From a virus: a DNA stretch of 64,000 nt. Location of the stretch: IMG/VR virus record IMGVR_UViG_3300045988_162923; one strand, given 5' to 3'. The stretch's first letter is position 1, and each line of letters begins with the position of its first letter. The notes beneath the pieces are model-generated. The model was not told where the DNA came from. It did not search any database and was given only the letters and a program-made list of their open reading frames with translations. This document shows positions 1-12,916 of the stretch, piece after piece. The translations under genes were made by a program, and so were the position numbers.

Positions 1-1
1 T

Positions 2-472
2 CAATTTCTTACATTATTATTTCCAAATAAAAAAATATTATTTACTCCTAGAAGTATTATGCTTTAGGGAGAAGATAATACAAGTATAATTGATGAAAAT
101 AGTTTTGAGATATTACAATCTCTTACTAGAGAAATCTTTTGTGCTAAATCTAGTGCTTCGCAAGAATTAGGATTTAATCCTGCTAATGAGACAGCTAAAA
201 AAATTGCTGATAAACTAATGCGAGGGCGCTAGCGCGTTGCTGAATTAAATGGTAACGCTAATGCTAGTATATTTAGTTAGTATCTTTCAATGCTTACTGT
301 AGGTTTGAATTCTATGTCTCTACAGGATTTAATGGATTTAACAATGTTCCAACTTTTTGACCTTGTTGAGAGATATTAGCTTTATATTAATTGGGATATT
401 GATATCCGGTCTAGGTTGGCTGGCGCTAAGTCAGATAACAAGCCGGAAAATTGGATGAAAAATATCCATTAA
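2..472 (+). CDS. 3' end of a late/structural gene (partial at window edge), read with TAG as sense
   Basis: Frame 2 is open from the window start to TAA at 470-472 only if several in-frame TAGs are read through. An RBS and the next gene follow directly. Confidence 0.5.
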
Positions 473-495
473 ATTTATAAGGAGGAAAATAACCT

Positions 496-1494
496 ATGAA
501 ATTTGGTGTTCGTGAGATTTGCGATGTTGTTTTGAAGGCTAAAGCAGCTCAAAAGATCGGTAATAAAATCTTCTATAAGAATGAACCAGTTATCTATTTC
601 GATACATTAAAGACTTCTAGCATGGAAGGCGCAGCTACCACTGTATATGCTCAAGGTGGTCGTGGTAATGCTCGTTTAGTAGCTTGGGAAGGTGAAAGAA
701 CTGTTACTTTTACAATGGAAGATGCTCTTATCTCTCCAGAAGGCTTTATGATTCTTTCTGGTGCTGGTTTAATTGAAGCAAGTGCTACTAGCACTATTAA
801 ACAGCATATTACTGAAACTGTAGATAAGGCACAAATTGATAGTAAGACTACTGAGGGACAAGTTACTATTCGTGTTTCTAAAAAGCCTTATCTTCCAACT
901 AGTGAGCAAGAAAATTTTGCTTATGTTATGTTTGTTAAAGATGGCGAAATTATTTCTGAACCTTTTATTCCCGTCCATGAGGAGTTAACTGCTAAGAAAG
1001 ATACTAATGGCAATGAATATTTTGAATTGACTCTTAAAACTCCACATGATGATTATGTTGCTGGTACAGGTAATTATATTTTTAATGAAAATAATGGTCT
1101 TCCAGCAGCTACAGCATATGATAGTGCTATTGTTGATTATTATACTGAAAAGGCTAGCGGTGCGCAATAGATTGAAATTACTGCTGATAAATTCGGTGGT
1201 AACTATTATCTTGAGGCTTCTACCTTATTCCGTGATCAAAACGGTGTCGATATGCCTGCTGAATTTATAATTCCTAATTGTAAGATTCAGTCTAACTTTA
1301 CTTTCACAATGGCTTCTTCTGGCGATCCTTCTACTTTCACATTTACTATGGACGCATTTCCTGACTATACTCGTTTCGACCACAGTAAGAAAGTTCTTGC
1401 TGCTATTCAGATTATTGAGGAAGGCGGCGCTAGTGACATTCATAGAACTCAGACTGTTCATGATGCCAGTCACAACGCTCGTTTCACTGATTAA
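496..1494 (+). CDS. major tail (tube) protein candidate, 332 aa with one in-frame TAG at 1168-1170
   Basis: RBS AAGGAGG sits 8 nt upstream of ATG 496. Track ORFs 496..1170 and 1252..1494 share a frame and are separated only by TAG. The gene ends at TAA 1492-1494. The tail-protein call rests on its position upstream of the chaperone-like and tape-measure genes. Confidence 0.55.
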
Positions 1495-1497
1495 TTT

Positions 1498-1677
1498 ATG
1501 ATTATTAAAGGTAAGCATTGGGTTGTAAAGTCTGAACCTAGTGTTGAAAAGAAACCTGAAGTAATTAAGAAAGCAGAAAAAAAGGTAATCAAAGAAGTTC
1601 CGAAAGAAACAACAGTAGTTGAAGAAAAGAACGAATTAGATGAACTTTTATCTAAACTTGATAAAGAAAACAAGTAA
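1498..1677 (+). CDS. small Lys/Glu-rich protein (59 aa)
   Basis: ATG at 1498 lies just after the upstream TAA. The protein is MIIKGKHWVVKSEPSVEKKPEV... It ends at TAA 1675-1677 and is followed by a terminator. Confidence 0.5.
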   Translation: MIIKGKHWVVKSEPSVEKKPEVIKKAEKKVIKEVPKETTVVEEKNELDELLSKLDKENK

Positions 1678-1686
1678 ATAATATAA

Positions 1687-1717
1687 GGGAGAGGATTTAT
1701 TCCTCTCCCTTTATTTT
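1687..1717 (+). terminator. rho-independent terminator
   Basis: GGGAGAGGA-TTTAT-TCCTCTCCC hairpin followed by TTTATTTT. Confidence 0.7.
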
Positions 1718-1743
1718 ATTATATTGAGAAAAAGGAGGAAATT

Positions 1744-2883
1744 ATGGTTTTATATAGTGATTCAGAAGATTATAGCGTAATTTTATAGCGAGTACATGAT
1801 CGTATAAAATTAAAAATGTATAGTCGTACTGCTAAAAAAGAAGCTAAAGAATTATAGACTATTTTATAGGAAATTAAATTAGCTGCTCATGATTTTGATA
1901 ATTTAAGCGATAGTTATATTGGTAATGAATTATATAATTAGTATTATGATCTAATTGATTAGGCGTTTAAAATCCAATCTGCTTATCATAATTCTAAATA
2001 GTTTTCCGCGCATACATTATTTAGAAGAGCGCATTATACAAGAAAAGATAAAAATGGTAAAATAGTTTCTTTAAAAAGTGGAGCTGATGATATTTTTGAA
2101 GAAGATTTGGCAGCATTATTGGCCGCTGGAGAATTTTTAGGAGGAAATGAAAATATTCAATTAGAATGTTTTCTTATGGGTGGTAAAAGTGCTTCCACAA
2201 AAGCAGTTGAAAAATATGATCCTCTTACAACAATATTTGATGATAATGGTACTAAAAAAAATGTAACTGACCTTTTGAAAGAATTAGCAGAAAAAGAATA
2301 GAAACGTATATCTACTTAGGTTCAAGGAGCTACAGGTAAAGTTGATATTAGCGGTAAAGCGGTAACTTTAAATTATTCAAAATAGTTACCTGGCAATGTA
2401 GAACGGTTAATGGAATTAATGAAAGATGCGACATTTTCTGCTAAAAACTATACTTCATACACCAATAATCTTGATATTAATAATAAAAAAGATTTGTCTG
2501 AAATTGGATTGCATTTAGGTAATACTAATTTATATAAAGCAGTTACTGGCGCTTTAAGTGAATTATAGATGGGCCATAAACAATAGACTAGATTTTTCTT
2601 TCGTGGTATGAATACTATTTTACATGATAAACATTCTTATGGTAGTATTACAGCTTAGCACTTTGCGCATTTAAGATTTGTATATGAACTAAGAGGCTCA
2701 GGCCTTTTAGATGAAAATGGGTTAGTTATGCCAGTTAAATATTTAATTTATAATGACCCAAATTCAGATGCTATATATGTAAAAGATACAGCATCAATTA
2801 TTTTAGAAGCATTAGATTCAGCTACTCGTTAGAATAATTTATTAGGTGATATTACATTAAGTGCTTCTAAAGTTGAATCTTGA
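1744..2883 (+). CDS. hypothetical protein between the tail-tube and chaperone/tape-measure genes (379 aa, about 10 in-frame TAGs)
   Basis: RBS GGAGGAAAT precedes ATG 1744. The frame is continuous to TGA 2881-2883 only with TAG read through. Track ORF 2107..2301 is an internal piece. Confidence 0.6.
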
Positions 2884-2908
2884 CAAGACACAAAAATTTT
2901 TGTATAAT
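2880..2908 (+). promoter_or_regulatory. consensus sigma-A/sigma-70-type promoter TTGACA-17-TATAAT
   Basis: TTGACA at 2880-2885, a 17-nt spacer, then TATAAT at 2903-2908. RBS AAAGGAGGA and ATG 2938 follow. Confidence 0.6.
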
Positions 2909-2937
2909 TATATAAAGAGTAAAAGGAGGAATATGTT

Positions 2938-3471
2938 ATGGCAAAAATAGCATTTTCAAAATTAGGTTTAACTAAAGACAAATTAGATGAATTTCAGACT
3001 GTAGAATTTAATGATTAGACAGTTGAAGTAAAGCAATATCTTCCAATTGCGGAAAAAGCAGAATTAATTTCAAGAGTATTAAATAATTCAGTTGATGATG
3101 ATGCTGGATATTATAATAATCTTAAGCTAGATATGTGGCTTGCTTTAGAAATTGTTTATGCTTATTCTAATATTAATTTTACAGAAAAGCAGAAGTCAGA
3201 CCCAATGAAGTTATATGATTTATTAAGTAGCAATAAATTACTTAACTTAATTATTGGCTTAGTTCCTGAAAGCGAATTTTATTATTTAACAAAAGTGACT
3301 CATGAATTAGCAACTGCGATTTATACCTATCGCAATTCCGCGCTTGGTATTCTTGATTCTATTGGACGTGATTATAGTAATTTGAATCTTGATGCTACTG
3401 AAATTCAAAAAAAATTAGCTGATCCAGAGAATCTTACTTTATTGAAGAACGTTGTTGAGAAATTGGGTTAA
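2938..3471 (+). CDS. putative tail assembly chaperone (177 aa, one in-frame TAG)
   Basis: A strong RBS precedes it. The gene sits immediately upstream of the tape measure gene and is small and acidic. It ends at TAA 3469-3471. The function is inferred from synteny only. Confidence 0.45.
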
Positions 3472-3516
3472 TTAAGTTAATATATTTATTTTTATTTTAA
3501 AATTAAATAGGAATAG

Positions 3517-3556
3517 TCGCCTGAGAATATATGATTATTCTCAGGCGATTTTTTTA
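3517..3556 (+). terminator. rho-independent terminator or attenuator upstream of the tape measure gene
   Basis: TCGCCTGAGAAT...ATTCTCAGGCGA perfect 12-bp stem followed by TTTTTTTATTTT. Confidence 0.65.
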
Positions 3557-3602
3557 TTTTATATATAAGATAAAAATGTTAAGAGAGAAAGGAGTTACAT
3601 AA

Positions 3603-6600
3603 ATGCCAAAACAATTGAATGTGAATTTAGCTTTTACTGCGGATACCGGAACCGCACGAAGCTAGTTACAAGAGTTGTAGAACTCTTTAACTCGTTTGGT
3701 AAATACTTCTACTAAGCAATCAACTGGCTTAGGTTTAACAAAAGAATTAAATGATGCTACTACTGCGGCGGCTGAATTAAAAGTACATTTAGATTAGGCT
3801 GTTAATGTAAATACTGGTAATTTAGATTTTTCTAAATTAAGTGAATCATTGAAACGTAGTGGTAAGACATTATCTGAATATGGTGAACAATTATAGAAAT
3901 TAGGTCCAGATGGACAAAAAGCATTTTAGCAATTAACACAATCTATTACTAATGCTGAAATTCCTATTAAGCGTTCTAATGCTGCTGTATAGGAGTTATG
4001 GACTTCATTAAAGAATACTGCTCGTTGGCAAATGTCATCTAGTATGCTTCATGGATTCATGGGAGCCATTTAGTCTGCTTATGGGTATGCTAAAAATTTA
4101 AATGAATCTTTAAATGAAATCCGTATTGTTACTGGGCATAATATTGATTATATGGATAAATTTGCCGAAAAGGCAAATAAAGCCGCAAAAGCATTAAGTG
4201 CGACGACATTAGACTATACTAATGCTTCTTTGATTTACTATCAACAGGGTTTAAGTGACCAAGAGGTAGAAGATAGAACAGCAGTTACTTTGAAAATGGC
4301 TAATGTAGCTAATGAAAGTGCTACTACTATTTCTGAGCAATTAACTTCTGTATGGAATAACTTTTATGATGGTTCTGAATCTTTGGAACATTATGCTGAT
4401 GCGATGGTACGTTTAGGTGCTGATACTGCATCTAGTAGTAGTGAAATTTCAGAAGGTTTATAGAAGTTCTCCTCAGTTGCTGGTACTATTGGTTTAAGTT
4501 TTGATAATGCTGCAGCCGCTTTGGCAACTATTACAGCTACTACTCGTGAAAGTGCTGATGTAGTTGGTACAGCTTTAAAAACATTATTCTCTCGTATTCA
4601 AGGTTTGAATTTAGGATAGACATTGGAAGATGGTACTGACTTAAATAAGTATTCTACTGCTTTGCATAAAGTAGGTATAGAAATTAAAGACACTGATGGC
4701 CAATTAAAAGATATGGATATTATCTTAGATGAAATGGGTACTAAGTGGAATACTTGGAGTAGAGATACTCAAACTGCTTTAGCATAGACTGTAGCTGGTG
4801 TGCGTCAATATACTCAATTAATGACATTAATGAATAATTATGATTTTTATAAAGAGAATGTTGAACGCGCTAAGAATTCTGAAGGTTCTTTACAAAAACA
4901 AGCAGATATTTATGCTGAATCTTGGGAAGCTGCTCGCGACCGCGTGCGTGCCGCTTGGGAAGCTATTTATAAAGATTTGGTAAATGATAAAGCATTTATT
5001 TCTATTTTAAAGAATTTTGAAAAAGTTTTAAGTGGAGTAGATTTATTAATAAAATCTTTAGGTGGGTTAAAAGGAGTTATTTTCACTTTAGGGGCAATTG
5101 CAACGAAAGTTTTTCATAATCAAATTGCTTAGAGTCTTACTGATTTAAGTTATAATTTAAAATCTATGATTAAAGCAGGAAGAGAGTCTATTAAGAATGA
5201 ACGTATTGATTTTCTTAATAAAGCTTCTGAAACTACAGCTAATAAAGAATATTCAACAGAAGGCGAAAAAGCGCGTAATGATGGATTAAGAAAAGAATTA
5301 GAATTATAGATAGATATAATTGAAAATTCAGATAAGATGAGTGAATCTGAATTAAAAACAAATTAGATTTTATTAGATAGAATAAAAATTTTATCATAGC
5401 AAAGAGTTAAGATGGCTGAAGCTTATGAAACATCGAAAAATAAAGTCGGTGAATCAATGTATCAAGGCCGTCTTGATATGTATGTAGCTAGAGATGATAA
5501 AAATTTAGATAGCGAAAAAATTAAAAATTTAAATAAAGAATATTTAAATTTAACTTCTCGATTAAAAACTACAATTAAATTAAGAATTTCTACAAAAGAT
5601 GCTTTAAATTAGTTAAAAGGTATTAATGAAGAATTGTCCAATGCAGAACGAAAGAAAATGGTATTACAAACTATTATTCCAAATGATACTTAGGGTTTAA
5701 CTGCGGGAATAGTTAAAGATATACAAAAAATGGTTGAAAATCTTGATGAAGCAGCTTTTAGCGGAGATGAATTTGAAAATACTTTAGCAAAAATAGAAAA
5801 AGAATTAGTACGTATATAGACAGGCGCTGAAAATGGATTAGATGGATTATAGGTGTCTGATTCTACAATTCAAAATATGATACAACATTTACAAGAAATG
5901 TATCGTAATTAGAATAATTTAAATAATGGAACAGATGAGTTAAATTCAAAATATGAACATTTAAAAGAATTAATTAAATAGGCTTAGGGATAGCAAAAAA
6001 ATTGGGCAGATGGTATTGTTAATATTGCTAATTCTTTAAGTTCAATGGCTAGTATTTTTAATACAATTAAAGGAGTAATGGAAACTTTAGAAGATCCTGA
6101 TACCTCTTCTTGGGAAAAATTATCCTCTGTATTAATGGGTATTGGTACAATAATTCCTATGATTACTATGATGTTCAATAAAAATACAATCGCTTCATAT
6201 GCGGCAGCAGGAGCGCACATTGCTTAGGCTATTGGACTTAAAAGTATAAATTTGGCTGCTGAGGGAGCAACAGGAGCTATAGGAGCATTTACTGCTAGCA
6301 TTGGTGTTTTATTAGGTGCTGTAGCAGTTGCAGTTGGAGTTATTGCAGCTTTAGCTTTTATTATTAAAGAAGTATATAATTCTTCAGCAGAGGGAAAATT
6401 AAAAAAAGCTTAGTAGGCTTTAGATAATTTAACAGATGCTGCTACGGAAGCTAAAACTGCGGCTGATGGGTTAAAGAATTCAATAGAGTCTTATGATAGT
6501 GCTATAGATAAATTAGAAGAATGTAAGCGTGGAACCGAAGAGTGGAAATAGGCTTTAATTGAGGCTAATGATGCTGCTTTAGAAATTATCAATACTGCAT

Positions 6601-9600
6601 CAAATTTATCAGGAAATGACATAAGAAATTTATATTCTCGAGATAAAGATAATTTAATCCATTTTGATACAGAATAGTTATCTTAGTTATAGACTAATGC
6701 TACTTTACAAAGTTCATTGATGAATTATGCAGTTGCTGCAGGATAGAATGATGTTGCCTAGGCTACTTTAAATGAAAAAAGTTTAGATTTAAGCGGAATT
6801 ATAGCCGGGCATACTACAAAAGCTATCGAAGGAGGACAATCTCATAATCCAGATAGCTATAGACTAGGTACTTCAGAAGTATAGCAAATTATTTTAGATA
6901 ATTTAGATAAATTATCTGAATCTGTACCTTTAAATGAATTTAAAAATTATTTAGAAGAGTGTGGAATTAAACTACACAGTGTTACTGATGATTAGTTATC
7001 TGCTTGGCAAACAAGTATTTAGAATATGGCGCAAGAAGCAGATGGAGCATCTGCTAAATTAGAATTATTATCTTAGTTAAAAGCAGATGAAATTTTAGGT
7101 GATGATTATACCACTGACGAAAAGAATTTTGCTGCTAAAGCAAATGCAGCTTTTATTACTCAATAGGCGGATTATTATAAACGTTTAATGGGACATGATG
7201 GTGCTTTTACTGAAGTAAATTAGGCTCACCCAGATAAAAAAGTAGATTTAGGTGGTATTAATAGATGGTCTGGAAGTCAGAATGATGTTTATTAGTATAT
7301 TTTAAAAGCTTTATAGGAGTCTGGTTAGAATATTTATGCAGCTTCTAGTAATGCTATTCGAGGAACAGATACAAATCGTTCTTTTGCTTTTACTTAGAAT
7401 GGTGAAGAAATAGTTTATACTAAAGAAGAAATTGCTAATATGTTAGCAGCTTCTGATGCTATTTAGTAGATGGGCAATAGTGCTAGTAAGGCACGAGAGT
7501 TGCTTTCTAAATTTAGCGCAGATTCAATCGGTAAAGTAACCACTTTAGTTAATGATTTCAATTAGAAGACTAAAGAGTTCGATGTTACTTAGCTTATGGG
7601 AGAATGGGATTCTAAAATGTTAAATGAATTTTAGAATGCTATTGGCGATGAGACTAATGGAGTTAATGTTGCTGAAATAGTAACTAAAAAAATGGGTCTT
7701 ACTCCTGAAGAATTTAATAATATTTTAGACACTTTAGGAGTTGAAGATGCTGGAGCATAGTTTGGTTAGGCTATTTTAGATGGATTACAAGGAGTAGAAG
7801 ATTCTTTAAATCCAGAAACTTATTCTAAAAAATGGCGTGAGAATAGTACTGATACAGAAGGTAACAGCATATTAGCTGATTCATTTGATGAATTATTACT
7901 TAATGATGATAAAACAGGATTAAAGTATAATGGTATTAGCAGGAATTAGATAGCTGAATTTGCTTAGACTTATGAAGCAATTTTTAATAAATTTGGTACT
8001 GAAGGCTTAAATGTAATAGATAATTTACTTAATCAATTTGGCGATGAGGCTGGTAAAGTTGCTGGAGTTATTGGCGATATTGACTGGTCTAGTGACACTT
8101 CTTTAAAAGATTTTCAATCCGCATTAAATAATGTTGGAGTTACTACAGCGGGTATAGATTTAAGTAAATTTATTACTTAGATGGATGAAATTTATAAAAT
8201 TGCTGATTCAGATGCTTTATCCAAAGCATAGTCTAATTTTAAAGAAATAAATGATATAGTAAAAAATCTTAAATTAGGAGATACTATTTCACCAGAAAAT
8301 TATGCTAAATTGGGTGATGGAGCTGATTAGTATTTTACTAAAATGGCCGATGGCACTTATAAATTGACTACAGATACTAAAGCTTTTTATGATATTGTTA
8401 TGCGTCAAAGACGCGATGAATTTACATAGGCTTATAAAGATGCTTAGTCTAAAGCTATGGAATTACAAACATAGAAAGAAAATGCTACTCAAGCTTTACA
8501 AGGAACAACTACAGAGGAATTGGGTAAATCAGCTTATAAAGTTGATGATAATTCATATAATGGTTTTAAAGTAAAATAGTAGCTGAATTTCTTATAGGCT
8601 ATGGGTTATGACCAAGGGAAGATTGACAATTGGGCTGCTGATGCTGAAAATGGTCAAATGTATAAAGATACTTTAAATGAAATTGCTGGAGCTGTCCGCA
8701 ATATGACAATAGAGTATGAAAATTTAGATTCAGCAAGGGAAAAAGAAAATAATACCGCAGAAGAAGCTAAAACAAATATTTTAACTACTGTAACTTCTAT
8801 TAAAGATTTGAAAAATGAAATTGCTTCTAATGATATATTAGGAGAAGAAGATTATGGTAAAGGTCTTAGCTTATTAGCTTTATAGTATGAAGAATGTAAA
8901 GACGCTTATACTAATTATGTTAATGTTGTAAAAACTGGTAATCCTTATTTAATAGAATAGGCAAAAAAAACTTTAGAAGAGTCTATTAGAGCATAGGAAG
9001 TTTCTAAATTAGGAATAGAAACTTTAGGAGATTTAGCTAAAGCATAGCGTAAAGGTTAGATCACTAAAGATGATATTAATGCGTATGATAATATAGCGAA
9101 AAAAACCTTAAAAGGTCAATAGGCATTGGCTACTTATAATAAAGAAATGGCCAATGCTCGAAAAGGTACTGACGATGCCACTAAAGCTGCTTAGAAATAT
9201 AAAAGAGCTATTGAAGAAATCGAAGTAACTGATTTAGCAAGTGATATTAATAACTTAATGACTGAGTTTAGTAAACTTACTAAAGAAGAACAAGAAGGCG
9301 ATAAAGGTTTTGATAAACTTACTTCAATTGCTGAAAATTTAAAAGATATTTTTGGAGCAGATTTTGATTATTATGATGCTAATTTTGTTAAGGGACATTG
9401 GGATTTAATTAAATAGTATTTAACAGGAACTTTAGATGAATAGCGCCAGGCTTCCATTGAATTAGCTATGTTAGGTAAAACTAATACTTAGACTATGACT
9501 GAAGCAATTAGTAATTCATTTGCTGAAGTTGGTGTAGATGCTAGTCAATGTACTGGATTAATCCAACAGGTAGAATCTACTTTACAAAATGCTAATTTTA

Positions 9601-12600
9601 ATAAAGATGGATCTATTAGTTTAGATACTGCTAATGCAATAAGTAATTTAATAGCTTTATCAGATGATGCTACATAGGTTGCTGGTATTTTAAACTCTAT
9701 TTTAAATACAAATATTGAATTTGATCCATCTGATTTTATTAAATTATAGCAAATGATGTAGACTTTAGCCAATCCTAGCGCAGATCCAAGAGCTAAATCA
9801 TATATAGTTAATTAGGGAATTAAAAGTATTATTTTAAAAGCTAAATCTAATAGTGTTGCGCCAGCCGTTCCAGGTACTTTAACTGGCCCCACAGGTAGTG
9901 GCGGAGGATCTCAAAAAGAAAAAGATACAAAAGATTGGAATTAGGATAAAGATCGTTATCATGATTATGATAAAGCTATTGATCAATCTACTCGAAGTGT
10001 TAATAAATTAAGTAAAGCAGTAGATAGATTATATGGAGCTAGTAAAGTATCAGCTATTTAGAAATAGATTAATGCTTTAAAAGAAGAAAATAAATAGTAT
10101 GAAAAGAAATTGGCGAAAGCTAAAGAATATTTAGCATTAGATAAATAGGCTTTACAAAATAATACTTATGGATATGAAGTTTCATTTAATGAAAATGGTT
10201 TTGTTAATTTAGAATAGACTTTAAATAAAGCTTATGAAGATGTAAAGAAAGCTTAGGCAGCATATAATAAAGCACTAACCGATGATGCTAAAAAAGTTTA
10301 TGAAGAAGCGCAATAGAAGTTTGAGAATTTCAAAAAGTTAATTGAATAGTATGAAGAAACTCTTGAATTAATTTAGAACTTAGAAGATCAGATTGAAGAT
10401 AATCAAGATGAAATCATGGCTAAAAATTATGAAAAACTTACCGTAGAAGTTGAATATAAAATTTAGCTTGATGAAAATGAATTAAAGAAATTGGATTATT
10501 TCTTTAATAAGTTATCTGATAATATTTATAAAGCTGCTGAAGCTTTTGGATATTTACAAGGTTAGATTGACCCTACTTTTGGGAAAATGTCTTCTTATGA
10601 AGATTTCTATAATAAGTTAGAAAGTTCTTATGCTAATGGAGAAATTACACAGGCAGATTATATTGATGGTCTTCAAAATGCTTATGATAGTATTTTAGAT
10701 AATTTACAAGCAGTTCAAGATTTAGATAAAGAAATGCTTGAATACTATGGTAATACCTTAGATTTAGCTGAAGATGAGTTATCTAAATATACTGATTAGA
10801 TGGAACATCTTACTAGTGTATTAGATCATTATCGTTCTATCCTTTCTCTATTGGGAAGAGATACAGATTATACGAAAGTATTAAGTGTGTTAGAAGGTAA
10901 TGCTTAGACGAAACGTAATAAGTTTGATACTTCTAAAGCTTGGTATGAATCTCTTAAAGCTGAAAGAGATGCCGCGGCTGCGGCGCTTGCTTAGGCTAGT
11001 GATGATGCTGAAAGAGAATTGTTACAAAAGAATTATGATGCTATTGTAGCAAAATTTAATGAGGCAGAAGAACAGATGCTGTCAGACGCTGAAGCATATG
11101 GTGAAGCCATTAAAGAAGTTTTAACTACTAAAATGGAACAAGCCGCAGAGAATATGAATAAAGCAATGACTGATGGTATGGGTTGGGACGCTTTAAATGA
11201 TTCTTTAGATAGATTGTCTAAATATCAAGATGAATATTTAACAAAGACTAACCAAATTTATGAAATGAATAAATTGCTTAATGATGTTAATAAAGCTAGT
11301 AATAAAACTAATAATCAAGCGGCAAAAGATAAATATTATCAGTTCTCTAAAGAAATTGAATAGTTAAAAGAAAAAGATAAATTAAGCTAGTTAGAATTAG
11401 ATATTGCTCAAGCTAAATATAAAGTTCTTCAAGCATAGATTGCTTTGGATGAAGCTCAAAATGCGATGGGTAAGGTCCGCTTACAACGCGATAATGAAGG
11501 TAATTTTGGTTATGTTTATACTGCGGATTAGGATAAGATAGATGATGCTTAGCAGGCTTTAGCTGATGCTGAGAATGATTTATATAATATTCGTCTTAAC
11601 GCCACTAATAAATATGGTCAATAGAAATTACAATATGAACAAGAGCTAGCTGAAAAATTAAAAGAAATTGATGAAAAGGCTAATGAAGATGCCCTTTACC
11701 GTGAAGGTAATTATCAAGCTGATCGCTAGAGAATTATTGATGAATATACTCAATTAATTTAGGCTTCAAGCGATTTATATAGAATTGCGCAAGAAGAAGA
11801 TTCTCGTGTGGTTCAAGATGCTTGGGTTAATGCTTATGATGAAATTATTGATAGCGGTGATCAATGGAAAACAGCAATTATTGATTATACCGGTTAGATT
11901 AATAATGCTTTCCAAGAGTGGCAAGCTGAAACTGATAGACTTACTGATTTGGTAGGTAAAGATTTAGTTGATACTAAGAATAAAGTTAATGATGTTACTA
12001 ACGCCAGTGATCAATTAAAGGATGAAGTTATTAATAAAGTTGTTCCCGCTTTGAGTTAGGAACTATAGGCTGTTCGTAATGCTACAGAAGCTTATGCTCG
12101 TTAGAGATAGGAAATTATAACTTTAATTTCTTATTATGAATAGTTAATTAATAAGATTCAATAGGCTATTGCTGCGCAAGCATCTATGGATGTTGGGTCT
12201 AATAGTTCATCTCCTGATTATGATGATTATGATCCAAGCGTTGACTATTCCGCTTTAATGGGTACTGTACCTGTTGGATCGGAACTTTATAATAAATATA
12301 AAGCATATCGTGATAGAAAAATATCAGAAGGTAATTATAATGATATGGCATCTACTTCTCGTGTTAATGCTTTTTACGAAAAAGGATATACTTTAGGTCA
12401 AGGTCCTTTTGCTGGGTATTCTAATTTTACTTAGATTCCTGATTGGCTATGGAAATAGACAGTAGGATTTAGAACTGGTGGTTACACTGGTCAATGGGGC
12501 GATAGTGGCAAATTAGCAATGCTTCATGAAAAAGAATTAGTTCTTAATAAAGAAGATACTTAGAATATGCTAAGTTCTATTAAGATGGTTCGTGAAATTG

Positions 12601-12800
12601 CTTCTGAGATTGATTTACGCAGTAGATATACTACAATGCCAATTAATCCAATTTACAGCACTTTTGGAACTGGTAATGATATATTAGAACAATAGGTTCA
12701 TATTGATGCTAGCTTCCCGAATGTGACTGATAGGAATGAAATTCAAGAAGCATTTAATACATTAATTAATGTAGCTTCACAATATGCTAATCGTAAATAA
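3603..12800 (+). CDS. tail tape measure protein, about 3065 aa, with roughly one in-frame TAG per 30-40 codons
   Basis: RBS AAAGGAG precedes ATG 3603. Track ORFs 4152, 4800, 5412, 6045, 8601, 9495, 10587, 11019 and 12186 all share this frame. Every interruption I read was TAG, never TAA or TGA. The gene ends at TAA 12798-12800. It has a coiled-coil, Ala/Gln/Leu-rich composition and hydrophobic glycine-zipper segments at about 6000-6400, as tape measure proteins typically do. Confidence 0.85.
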
Positions 12801-12806
12801 AATAAA

Positions 12807-12843
12807 GGTGAGATTCTTAATTGAATCTCACCTTTTTCTTTTT
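12807..12843 (+). terminator. rho-independent terminator
   Basis: GGTGAGATTC-TTAATT-GAATCTCACC hairpin followed by TTTTTCTTTTT. Confidence 0.75.
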
Positions 12844-12875
12844 GGGTAGATATATTTAATAAAGTAAGATAATTT
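12841..12875 (+). promoter_or_regulatory. possible promoter (TTGGGT-17-TAAGAT)
   Basis: -35-like TTGGGT and -10-like TAAGATAAT sit after the terminator and before RBS AAAAGGAGGG and the TTG start at 12917. The match is weak. Confidence 0.3.
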
Positions 12876-12916
12876 TTCACTAATTTATAGAATAACGAGT
12901 AAAAGGAGGGATTATT

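Noticed and set aside
8389-8574. Track ORF 8389..8574 (+) and similar ORFs, including 769..978(-), 985..1167(-), 1046..1270(+), 9545..9772(-), 13901..14092(-), 18645..18857(-), 26409..26693(-), 27763..27987(+), 30005..30265(-), 30280..30468(+), 41529..41759(+), 44296..44562(-), 46057..46275(-), 49009..49218(+), 50035..50238(-), 54076..54324(-), 54380..54583(+), 57267..57581(+), 58423..58611(+), 59336..59518(-) and 62411..62605(+)
   Set aside because: They are out of frame with, or antisense to, the long TAG-read-through genes. Their composition is low-complexity or hydrophobic, typical of AT-rich shadow ORFs.
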